A stretch of 62,186 nucleotides of DNA, the filler included, from Sphacelaria rigidula (lineage: Eukaryota), in the NCBI GenBank assembly GCA_964200075.2. It is 8 parts of 8 records of this genome, joined end to end, with 100 filler letters (N's around TTAATTAATTAA, not from the genome) between each part and the next. Parts side by side here need not be neighbours in the genome. Positions count along the whole stretch, not along the records: positions 1 to 7,687 come from CAXNAA020013791.1; positions 7,788 to 15,473 come from CAXNAA020013792.1; 6 more parts are not named here. One strand, given 5' to 3'. This document shows, one piece after another, positions 1 to 10,560 of this stretch. The translations under genes and the position numbers were made by a program. The notes under the pieces were generated by a model. The model saw only the letters and a program-made list of their open reading frames with translations, did not search any database and was not told the origin of the DNA. Numbering within the stretch: the stretch's first letter is position 1; each line of letters starts with the position of its first letter.

Positions 1-70
1 GGCTTGGTAGGGATGCGGGGTCGATGGTCTGATGACTATGGCATGCATGATCATGAGTACACCCCCCCCA
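1..70 (+). mobile_element. Retroelement 3' end (family A) followed by oligo(C)
   Basis: TAGGGATGCGGGGTCGATGGTCTGATGACTATGGCATGCATGATCATGAGTAC then a C-run. Near-identical copies lie at 7594-7670(-), 38932-38991(+), 49843-49908(-) and 52205-52260(-). It aligns with the LINE 3' terminus at 6355-6410. Confidence 0.65.
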
Positions 71-814
71 CACTCCTGACCTCCTGCCCCCCCCCCTCAC
101 CCCCCCGGGAGGCTCGAAATATTTTATCCTGTTTGTATTTTATTTCTCCATTGCTGCTCCCCTCTCAACTCGTGTCCTATATTGTTCAAACAAATATTTT
201 ATTTTCATTCTGCACAACTACTTGCGAGATACAACTGCGCTGTTCGTGGTTTTTGCGTCATGAGCTGGTTCTCTGATGACTACAACTCATCACCAGGATT
301 GGTTCTTGCTTACACACTGGCCAGTACGTAACAGGTGAAAAGGATGATCATCGAGATGTATGATGCAACGCATTGATGCAGAAGACACTTCGCATCGCCG
401 ACATTCCTTTAGTTTACGTCAACGCAGACTTGTGGACAAGCAGAGTCTCCGGATTCAGGTGCCTCGGTGAGTTTTGATGGGTGCTTGGATCATCACAGGG
501 TAAGCCGTTGCCGTCACATACACATAAATCCTCCCCGACTGAAAACCGTTTTGAAACCGGTCCTGCTTTCAGCACCCAGTCGTGACGAGACTCCTGTGTG
601 CTACATTTCTGTATCGCCAACTATGTAGACATAACCTCTTGTGTCGTCCCCCCCAGCCAACCCATCGTAAGAAAACACATGTTACCATGTGACTGTGTCG
701 GTAGCCCAATAAAGTACATTAATTCCGATGCTGTCCCAACTCCCTTTTCATGGAAAGAGAGAGGGGGGGTGGGGGGGGGTGGGGGGTTGTAAATATGATC
801 CTGCATGCCACCGT

Positions 815-3429
815 CGTATGACCATTGACCTCGCTCCCCTACAAAGCCGTGACGAAGCACGCCGGGCTTTCGCCGGCCCGCGCTCAAGAGGGGGGAAAAG
901 AAACTCCTCAAAAGTGTGTGCCACTTTGAGAGTCGCAACCTGCGAGTCGATTTCCAAGAATATTTTGCATTATGATAAAATACCATTGATCCGCATCACC
1001 GTTCCGCACTCCTACTTTGCCTCGAATATCTCCAGGTGTCCGCGTTTTTTCCTCGACCAAAAAATGGACGTGAAGACGAATCTCCTCGCGCTGAAGCTGT
1101 TTCGGCCTCATCGATGTTTTGACAAGCACGGCAGTGACGTGGTCTTCAACTGGATCATATAAGTGCTGGCGCAGCATGGCATACGCCATGTGAACATCGC
1201 CGGCGCGGTGACGGATGCGGGGTCTGACGTCCCGAGTGGGGTGGTGTCGGCGTGGTCTTGGGAGTGGTGTTTTACCCACCTGCTGAACCGCGATCATTGA
1301 CGCCACAGGAATGTCGCCCGCGAAGGATCGCTCCAAGAATGTTCAGTGTCGCGAACTACTCGACCTCATCGAAGGGATGGTGGAGCACTTCAACAAGTCC
1401 GCCGTTGACAAGGTTACGTATCATGGAATTTGTACGACAACCTGCGTGCCTCAGGTACCAGTGCCATCTTCCTGTGTGTATGATCGACACCCTTGTGTAC
1501 CGTAACCTGTTTGAAATTAGCTCTCTCCCACCCCCATCTTCGCTTGAGCGCTTCTCTCGAAAACAGCCCTGCACGTTGGGGAACGTTTTATTCAGCCGCT
1601 GGGAAGTCGCGTTTTCTTATACGTGACTAGTTCTTGCATTCGTAGTTGAAACCTTCGACTGCTCCTTCAGTCTTTTTTCGTGTGCGAATGACGGATACAG
1701 TAACATCCGCGAATCATAAATCGTTCTCAGTCTGCGATGCGTACGCAAAACCTCATCACCGAAGTTGCCTCGACGCTGACTCGTCTCATTTTTTCTTGGA
1801 ATTCAGCTGCGTGTAACAAATGTTACGAGCAGATCGCCCTGAAGAATATCATCGACGAAATGTCGGGAGGGAAGGGCTTCAAGGCAAAGCTGTCGCAAGC
1901 CGTTGCCCAGCGCTGGATCAGCGTCTGCCAGATGCTGCTGCGTGTCCTGAAGAGATGGGACACCCTAGAGACATTCTACTTGGCCAAGGGAAAAGGTTCC
2001 CACTTGGCCAAGTAGAATGTCTTTAGGGCGTACCATCTCTCCAGGTCCTAATTGGCACCACCGCCTTGGATCCGAAACGCCCACTCCAGGTGAGGCATGT
2101 GCAGGCAGTCGGGCAAGATGAAGAGGACGTGGAGCCGGAGGAGGTACAACCCTCCGTCGAGTTGACAAGGGTCGCGACAGTCACCCGCGAGGCATTTGCA
2201 CAGGGTGTGGCCAGACGGTTTGTATCACCGCGTTACGGGAAAGGCCCCTCGTCTCACAGCTACAGGTATGATATGGCCATATTCCTAACTCCGGGCGGGC
2301 GTGGTCTTAATTATCTGAAGAGGCTAAAGAACTCGACCGTCGGAACGCTGGAAGGTTTTACAAAGTCAGTAGAGGACGTGCAGGCAGTAATTATTGGCCA
2401 AGTCAGGGATCTCCTCACGAGAGCGATCAGTAAAAGCAAGGCAAGGCCGAAGACGACTCCCGTCGTGGTGGAGGTCGAGTCGCGAGCGGTGAAGCGGTTA
2501 AAAATCGCCACCGGCGCCGCTGTCGATCCGTGGCGAGAGGAGTTCGCCGCGGAGGGCATCATGGGACTCCGATGAAGGGGGGGAAGCTACGAGCACCCCC
2601 GAGACCACTCCTGAGGAAGAAGCCGGCGACCTCATCAAGGTATGGAAAAACGCCGAGATGTGTTGTACGTTGCGATGTATCGATATTTCTGCATTGCACG
2701 TTCCCGTTCTTTGACTCATCCCCATCAAGAAAAAACGTGACTCCAAGCATTGGGATTGTTCATGTCTGTTCGTACTCCCCCGGCATTTCAATGTAGCAAG
2801 ACGCGAGCATCACCATTGCTCCGCCGCATACACTCCATTGGGGGTCTTTTTGACAGGCGCATGTATCAAGCAGTTCAATTACGTACCAAAAAGCATCCTG
2901 TGATCCATGTTCATAATGCAGTAGAAACGTAGGACGCTAGAGTGGGGGTCGCTGGCGAACCGCGCCCCACTACTATGTGTTCAACATGATTTTTTTTCGT
3001 CACTCCGGGTTACAGATCGGGAGAGAGGAGAAGAAGCTGGACGGTGTCGAGTATTGGCGGGCCCACGGCAAAGAACACTCGTCTCACCTTCGGTCCCTGG
3101 CGCAAGCGGTGTTTGGTGCACCTTCCTACGCGGGAGTAATGGAGCGTGAATTCTGTGTCACGGATATGTTCCAGCCCCGCAAACGTGGTGGCATCGACCC
3201 CGCCAATCTGGAAATGGCCTTGTATCTGCGGGGCCAGTTCGACAACATCCCTGCAGACATCCCACTGCTCACGGAGAAGCAGGCATCGAAAGCCGTGCCA
3301 CGTCGGTTTACCGGCCGAAAAATGCTCGAAGAAGTTAAGGTGCTGGACTTCTCTCTCGAGCCCGAGAGTGATACGGGGGACGAGGAATATTTCTCGTGGA
3401 AGAGCGAGTACAAGGCGGTTCCGAATTAG
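815..3429 (+). pseudogene. Intron-containing hAT transposase pseudogene
   Basis: hAT motifs appear in order: VTDAGSDV (1208), WCFTHLLN (CxxH-LN), QRWISVCQMLLRV (RWxSxxxML), and a C-terminal dimerisation domain YWRAHG...LRSLAQAVFGAPSYAGVMEREF...RKRGGIDPANLEMALYLR. Plausible GT/AG junctions occur at ~1412/1806 and ~2640/3015. There are several in-frame stops and frameshifts. No TIRs were identified. Confidence 0.85.
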
Positions 3430-4129
3430 CTTGTTGAAATTTATTTGACCCTAACGTGCAGTGTGTGGGTCCCCATTATCATTTCGAATGGGAAACCAGG
3501 GGTGCCGCGCCCTGGCGGTGCAGTGGTCTTGTCACCATGAGGGTGGAGATAACGACGGTTCGACTCCCGATGCGTTGAGCTTCAAAATATTTGATTCGCA
3601 CTGTCGACAGCGTTGGTACGAGAGTGAACAAGAGGTGATTGACTGAGTTTGTTTGACGAGAGTTGACGCGGTGCGAGAGTGCTGACCCAATACGCAGGAT
3701 CAACATGCAAGGAGTGTCACGGGGAGAGGTGGGTTGATCCCTCGAGACCGCGGACTGGTCACGCGAAAGGGGAGGGGTTCAAACTGTGATGAAATAGAGT
3801 AAACTTGGGGTACAACACAAGGTGACATACACTGTAGTAAAGTGATGGTGCGCTGATAACGTGGTAGTTCTTTGTAAACGGGTTGTAATAAGTGATGCTC
3901 CCGCGACAAATGTGTCTTCGATGGTGTAACACACTGGATATCGACGAAGTCCCGTAGCACTAGACGGCTTGTTGTCCCTGGGAAGGGCGATCGACAGCAA
4001 ATTTATCATGTTGGTGCTTTGCCAATGCCACCAGTCGCCACAAGTTGACATCAGTCCCGGTCCGCATTGGTCATCATAGAAATAGACTATCGTGTCCGAT
4101 TTTCTCGCATGTGGCCGTCTACCGCAGTG

Positions 4130-4460
4130 TACATTGACGCAACCCCTTGAAATCTTTTGACATAGACCGTGCATATTGATGAAGTAGTCCAAAATCTATC
4201 GCTACCGGCCATGTATATCGATGGACAACACCAAAATCTATTGCCATTGGCCATGTATATCGGTGGAATATATCGAAAATCCGTGTCACTGACCATTTAT
4301 ATTGATGGGATTTTGCGGACTCTATAACGAAGGATCTATATATTCGAAGGATCTATATATTGATATGAAATTTTCGTTGTCCATCTGCATGAACGGTGTG
4401 CATCGATAGCATGAACCGAAATTTATCGCTACCGATAAGTGCATATCGGTGTAATATTTC
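4130..4460. repeat. Degenerate ~42-bp minisatellite
   Basis: Recurrent unit resembling ATGTATATCGATGGACAACACCAAAATCTATTGCCATTGGCC. Confidence 0.6.
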
Positions 4461-4473
4461 ACACCCTATTGCC

Positions 4474-4750
4474 AGTGTGTGTGTTGCCTTCCCATCTATT
4501 CTGGACGCCGGGCTACACCTCTCGGTATATGTGGGTGCACCAGCCGGGGTCACTCAGGAGGAAGGTCGAACACTGGAGCATTTTTATTTAATATTTGTTT
4601 TCAGTACCCCACCTTCCTTCTGCGGTGCTTGCCTTTATTCTTCATCGCGAGGGGGGTTCAGCAGTCCCTTTCCCTCGTCGACCGTTAAGTCGAATTTAGT
4701 GTACCCACGGCATAGTCGCTCTCCACTGTTGGGCATGGTGTGAGAAAAAA
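4474..4750 (-). mobile_element. tRNA-derived SINE, 5'-truncated copy
   Basis: Aligns over ~270 bp with 54888-55160 and 40563-40830, and has a short (CA)n tail. Confidence 0.8.
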
Positions 4751-6139
4751 TGCCAGTAAAGATGCATATCGATGAGAACATAGCCAAGTACATGGTTACC
4801 AGCAATGGATATCGGTAGGGGTATTTTGAAGTAATTCTTCACCACGATGGATATTGATTCAATCACCACCGGGGCCATTGTTGCAGCAATAGACCATTGC
4901 CACGTCTGTTGTACAGGGCGTGATAGAAAAACAAAAAAAATCACAATAGAACGTTCTTGCTGCAAGGGGTGCAAAAAAATAATAAATGGAAAACAACATT
5001 GGAAGGTTGTTTGTGGTGAGCATAGCGTGAGCACAGCGGGCTGGGGACAGGATGCCGGCTTTTTGATCTTTGATGCTTCAACCTTCGACTCCCAATTTGC
5101 ACTCCCTGGCCGTTGTGGAGGGCACAAAAGTAAAAGCAAATGTGACTTTCAACTTCTGTCATTCGCACAAAATTGGGCATGTGCCCGAGATTTGTTTTTC
5201 GCGCAAGGTGTGAACGAAAACGTGCCTACTAGCGATGTTTCCAAAGAGGCATCGGGACTGCACCAATATTGTCCATCTCGCCATTGAAACAGTCTACAGT
5301 GCGTGCGAGCAGAATACATGTTGCTAATATCAAAACCTCATCCAAAACTGAAGAAATGTGCGGTCGCCAGAAACATCAACCATTTATCCAAAATCCTGCT
5401 GATCACTACAGTCCAACTTGCGTATCCTCTCCGAAACGTAGTATAATAGTGCTCATGCTTCCCTCCTGCATAGTTGGCAGCGGAGAGTTCCTGGTTCTAC
5501 AGTGAGGTCCCCAGGTGGGCTGAGATGCGATCATCTTCCACGGTTTCGCTTTCCACATGCGGTTTTACTACCTCAGACCCTGGCGGGGGTCTGGCTGTCA
5601 GGATTTTCCTAGGGACCAGTTCTAATTCCGAGCCTGTAGTTTTTTCTTCCCTTTCAAGCGGTGTACTTTGTTTGCTCCCCCATTTTGTTGTTTCTCGTCC
5701 CCGCCCCTTTCCTCCAGTTTCCATCACAGCGCATGTTTTGGTCCGTTTAGCTTGGCTACACCCATCTCGCCATCTTGTGGCTAGCCACGGAAGGATTCGT
5801 GGCGGAGAAGCTCATGTGCGACAATCCATCAATCTGTCGACGTCGATCGATCACTATCGGGGGGGAAGGGGAGGGGCGGGTACGCGAGACTGCTGTTTTC
5901 GGCTGAGATGCCTGAAAAAGGCGTTTCCCGTTTGCACCTGTCCGCAACGAAGGTCAGTTCTGGTGTACTGCAGCCCCCGCGTTCTCGTTTGTGGAGGTAT
6001 TTTGCACTGCGTGTGTTCATCATTGCTTAAATGCTATGTCAGCACGCGTCGTACAGACATCTCGAGCCGAAGCACATCAATATACGCACGCTTGTGGTGT
6101 TTCTCCCTCTCATCATACATGCATATACATGGCTCACAC

Positions 6140-6316
6140 CTGCGGTCCAGACACTCCTCGATTCTCTTGGGTGAGAAAATAGGTCGCGAAGTCCTTCAGG
6201 CCCTGAGCGTTCATGCCCCGTCCGTTGTCCCTGACGATGAGGAAGCTGTTTTTTTTGCCCGTTCCCAAAACCACTTCGATCTCTATCGTACGGCTTCCTG
6301 TGTTGGAGCTAGTCGC
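6140..6316 (-). CDS. SMCHD1: Internal exon of an SMCHD1-like GHKL (HATPase_c) ATPase
   Basis: 177-nt phase 0-0 exon, tttttcgcag|...|gtgtga, with an open frame ATSSNTGSRTIEIEVVLGTGKKNSFLIVRDNGRGMNAQGLKDFATYFLTQENRG. It matches the SMCHD1 segment as I recall it (ATSRNIGVRRIQI...[20 protein letters not shown]), including GHKL motif DxGxGM. Confidence 0.75.
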
Positions 6317-6354
6317 CTGCGAAAAATCATGAATGGATATGTGAAGGCGTGCAA

Positions 6355-7585
6355 GGGGGGGTACTCATTTGCTGCTTGCCTCGTCATTCGACCACTGACC
6401 GCGCATCCCGTCCGACACGGAGCACCGTCCCTACTCCCAAAGGAAAAACCTCCAACATGTCGGCGCTCATTACGTTTCTTCAATAATTCATACAAGAACC
6501 TCTCACGTATCATATCCCCTCCCTGTTTCGCCATCTGTCGCCACCATCTCCTGGCATAGCGATCGTTTTCTCGCCACCATCGAGTGTACCAAACGATTCC
6601 ATGCCATTTCCGTATACGTCCCACATTTCTCCCTCTTACAAGTCCCGTCCCTCCCTGCATAGTTCACATTTCTCCACTATTTGAGTTCTACTCTTTACTG
6701 CTTTGCAACAGGGGCCGCTCCGTGCATCTGCTTCGTCTTCCACACGACTACTGGTAATACCCCTTTCTTCTTTCTGGCAGGTCTAGGTCCCCCACCGAAA
6801 ATCGCAGTTTCAAAGTTTTTTCACGTAATCCATTGCACCGTGCAGATATGCTTTCATCCCCATCTCCTGTGTCAACCCCTCGTTTATCTTCAGGTGCTCC
6901 TCCCCGTCTGATTTCCGCATTAGCACTGGTTCCCCCCTCAATTTCTCATGTCACTGACTTTGTCTTCTACTCCCCACATTCACCTATGAACAAAATCTCG
7001 TCTTGGTTTCCTCCTATATCCTTCAAGTACTTAAACTACTCCGCTATCCCACCTTATTTCAGTCTTCCCTTTCGTTACTTAATTCTATACAGCCCTCGTC
7101 AACTATGGCCGGCAATCTCGTCCTTGGCATGTTCCTTACGCTATATTGCCCTTTCGATTTTCTCATGTCTCTAGCATTTTTCAGGAAGGTATATTCCTAT
7201 TTCTGCTTTCAACCTCTCTAAGTCGTCGGTTTTGAGCATCCAATTACCTTCTTAGCCGCTTTCATCTGCACTGTTTCCAGCCATCTCACGAACTTCGCGT
7301 TCCCTTCCCATCCTTCTGCATACTCTAGCTTCGGTACAATAACTCTCAAAATATATCCCTCGATCTTCGTATGGACGTGCCATTTTCTCAGCATCACGTC
7401 CATCTTGCCTATTTGTGCGCTTCCCTCTCCTATTACTCCATCTGCATGTGCATCCCAACTACACTTTATTGGACTCTGTACGCCAAGGTATGTATACCGG
7501 TCTGCGATCGGCAATTCCTCCTTCTCCCCACGTGTACTTGAACCCTACTGGGTCCTCCTCATTTTCATCACGTCCTACTAGAAGG
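6355..7585 (-). mobile_element. Non-LTR retrotransposon (LINE) 3' portion, decayed, ending in oligo(C)
   Basis: RT C-terminal YTYLGV...IVPKLEYAEGWEG...LETVQMKAAKKVIGCSK, then GMKAYLHG and a Cys-rich region. It ends ...GGCAAGCAGCAAATGAGTACCCCCCC. Confidence 0.85.
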
Positions 7586-7593
7586 CATGCGGA

Positions 7594-7670
7594 GGGGGGG
7601 GGGGGGGGGGGGACTCATGATCATGAATGCCCTAGTCCTAAGCCCGTTTACCCCGCATCCGTCCAAAGCC
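7594..7670 (-). mobile_element. Retroelement 3' end (family A) with long oligo(C)
   Basis: The reverse complement of 7611-7670 matches bases 1-60 at 48/60. A G-run precedes it on the + strand, and it sits at a contig end. Confidence 0.6.
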
Positions 7671-7687
7671 GGGAGGGGGCCCCCCGG

Positions 7688-7787
7688 NNNNNNNNNNNNN
7701 NNNNNNNNNNNNNNNNNNNNNNNNNNNNNNNTTAATTAATTAANNNNNNNNNNNNNNNNNNNNNNNNNNNNNNNNNNNNNNNNNNNN
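7688..7787. other. Artificial contig spacer (N44-TTAATTAATTAA-N44); also at 15474, 23260, 31046, 38832, 46617 and 54402
   Basis: An identical 100-bp spacer with stops in all six frames recurs every 7785-7786 bp. Confidence 0.97.
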
Positions 7788-8039
7788 GTTTCTTGCGGCC
7801 AGTATGTCGATTTAAAAAAAATACCGCGGTATCACGGGAATATTCCCGAGAGGAGCCTTGAAATTTTCTCCGTTCTCTACCGGCTTCCGGGAGTCCCAGT
7901 ATTAAGACCTCCGCAAGGCGGCACAAAATGCCTCGAAAGAAAAAAATATGATATGATGCGCCCCGGGATAGTACAAGAAACACATGCGCAAAGCTTGGTC
8001 GAGAAACTCGAAACTTCATATGGTTTTCTTGCCTCGACG

Positions 8040-10560
8040 TAAATTCACCAAAAAAGACGTTTTCATACTTAAACCAATCAGGTAGGATTGCACGTTTCAA
8101 GCTTACGTCCTCGCACAAACGCCCAAACCTTGACGCAGTTATAAGGAGTTAGACCCTGAAACTTTGCACAAATGTGCTATGGATTATTACGCCATTTGCG
8201 ATGGACGAGGTTTTTTACTCTTCGACTTTTTTTTATCGTTTTTCGGGGGTCCGCCGGGATCCAAGTCGTTTTTCGAAGAGGTCTCCATTTTGGAACCACG
8301 GAAAACCGGCGCTGTGATTCTGTTCTTCATTTTTTCGCGAACGAGTTGACGCCGCATAACTAAAGGAAGGGCCCTACAAAATTTCTTGCAAAAATCGATT
8401 AACTGATGCTTGGATTTTCATGTTTACGTTAAACAAGGCCCAAATACGCCATTTTCGTACTAAAATCAAGTAATTTGCGGTTTCACCGTGGCACGGCAAA
8501 GTTCATCGCACAAACGCAAAAATCCTCACGCCGTTTAAACCCTTTTGGAACCTTCCCGTCCCGTCCCCGGGTCAGATACCTCATCATTTCAAGTTCTGAC
8601 AAAGACGAAACGATAGAAACAGGAAATACCGACGGCAACCATTTTTACTGTGGAGACCTAAAGAAGACACCAGAAGCAAACATCATGGATGCACCGAAAA
8701 TGGAGCCCCGGAGCGGTCGGGTTGGGTTTGTCCAATAATAGCACGCAACGGGCGAAGTGTGTCCAATTGTATGCATCGACAGAACTCTCGCGAAACAGTA
8801 CAAACTCCCATATGTGGTTCTCATCGGCGGGGAAAACGTCAATTTGAGTCCGGTGCCCGAATATGCCACATCAGTACACTGAACTTAGAGTGGCGCACTA
8901 GTATACTTGACATTAGACTGGTGCACCGTGGTGGTGGGCTGCATCAAGACTTGACGAGCGTAGAAAGCCACACTATACGACGACAACGATATGGTCAAGC
9001 ACGTGGAAATCTCGTCACTACATGTGAAATCGCTGAAGAGCGACCCATATGCAAAGATCAAGATGGAAGAGGTGGCTGAGAATCACGGTCAGGACGCTGC
9101 TAGACGTTTCGCAGAAGCCGCTGCAAGAGCAGTTGGGGCAACTCATTGCCCCTCGGCGCGCACCGCCTCCGCCACTCGCCTACCGAAGGTCGACACAGTA
9201 ACCGCGGCAGGAGAAAACGCGGTCAGACACGCAGGATCACGTAGGAGACACCAGACGGACGTGATTGCAAGCGTCCAGACAGGCGATATACTAGCAAACA
9301 GTCGCCAACCGACCGGGACAGCCTTTCGCAGTCAGCTTAACCACACTGCAATTACAGTCAGTAAACACACCTCACTACTGTCCAGTATAACTGAAATACG
9401 ATGTCACGGTCTTCCATGAAAGAAGACAGAAGGTGTGCAATATCATTGCATGAAACTCCAGCGCCGCTCACGACGACAGACGGTCTGAACGCGATAGCCC
9501 CAGCCGGGGTCATGAACCTCACGAAGCACAAAGTACGGCTGTGTAACGTTCAGGCATGATCAACCCGCAGTATAGAGGTGGCGTCGTGGAAACGTACAGC
9601 ACAAAGCGCAGGATGAGATATGCCGTAAGATCGCAGCCTACGAAGTGACAGCCTGTATTGAATACGCTAAAGTGGCGGCCCCCGCCTACGGTGCACCAGT
9701 GGTGTGTATAACGGCGGGATACATGGCGTCCGCGTCGCCGTTATGGAATGATCAAACCGCAGTATGGTGTCGTATAAACGCGCACGACGGGGTACAGTAG
9801 CGTGCATGACGTGAGTTTATACTTGAAGAAGCTGAGAACATTGTAATCACCACACGCTGTACAGAGGAGTGGGTGAAATCATTCCCACAGTGCCTGACAG
9901 TGCCTGTTTCCGAATACAGACAGTAGACGGGGGCATAACTGAGGTAAATGTGCCGTCGCCGTCGCCCTTGTCATTACAACTTAGGCGCAGGCTTGACATG
10001 ATGCGGCACAAAGCATCAACTGCAAGGGAAGAGGCGTGCAGGTGCGGCGTGAAAATTGCTTCACGGAGACCTGCCGTGCACCCTGTCCGGGGTTCGAAAA
10101 AACCGACGGGTCAAACAATTCGTCATAACCGTAAATAGCGAACCTTCTTTCCTTCCACATCACATTCGCACGGGTCTGAAAAACACGCTCTGGTTGAATC
10201 ATTTGCTCAAAGGGTGTAGAAAAATCGGAAAATCACCACTTCTTGCCCGAAAAAATGACAATGGTAAATCATCATTTCCCATCAACGCTTCCAAAAGGGT
10301 TAAGGAGTGTGATACCCTGAAATTCTGCACAACTGTGCTATGGGTAATTACGCAACTTCAGATGAACGAGGTTTTTTATTTCATTTACTTCACCATTTCA
10401 AGGGGGTCCGACTGGATCGAAGTGTGCCCGAAAAAACTGGGACCTTCGAAAAACGGTGAAACAAGTACAAAACTTGAGAAGAAAAACAGTCGATCTTCTA
10501 GACTTGCGTAATGACCCATAAAACATATCTGCAAAAATTCAGGGTCCAACACCTTAGAAC
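8040..10560 (+). repeat. Two diverged ~400-bp tandem units, the second split by the piggyBac-like element
   Basis: 8111-8160 TCGCACAAACGCCCAAACCTTGACGCAGTTATAAGGAGTTAGACCCTGAA corresponds to 8506-8539 joined to 10300-10321. Homology continues through TGTGCTATGG...ACGAGGTTTTTTA. Confidence 0.65.
8540..10299. mobile_element. Non-autonomous piggyBac-like element, 1760 bp
   Basis: TIR CCCTTTTGGAA...TTCCAAAAGGG with flanks TAAA/TTAA. Removing it restores the tandem unit. An independent copy of the right end with TTAA is at 49452-49560. Confidence 0.7.

Noticed and set aside
4847-5287. Cys-rich ORF with RSCCKGCKKII, resembling a PARP-type zinc finger
   Set aside because: The remaining ligands and splice support are not evident, so the call is too weak.
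5474-6559. 361-aa plus-strand ORF
   Set aside because: It has no recognisable domain and is antisense to the SMCHD1-like exon and the LINE 3' end, so it is probably a chance frame.
8-7663. Complete 7.6-kb hAT element with Ac-like TAGGGATG TIRs around the hAT transposase
   Set aside because: The inverted match extends past TAGGG into the flank (GGCTT), there is no direct 8-bp TSD, and the motif aligns with the LINE 3' terminus. Two inward-facing retroelement ends explain it better.
7732-7743. Periodic TTAATTAATTAA motif
   Set aside because: It is an assembly linker embedded in N runs.
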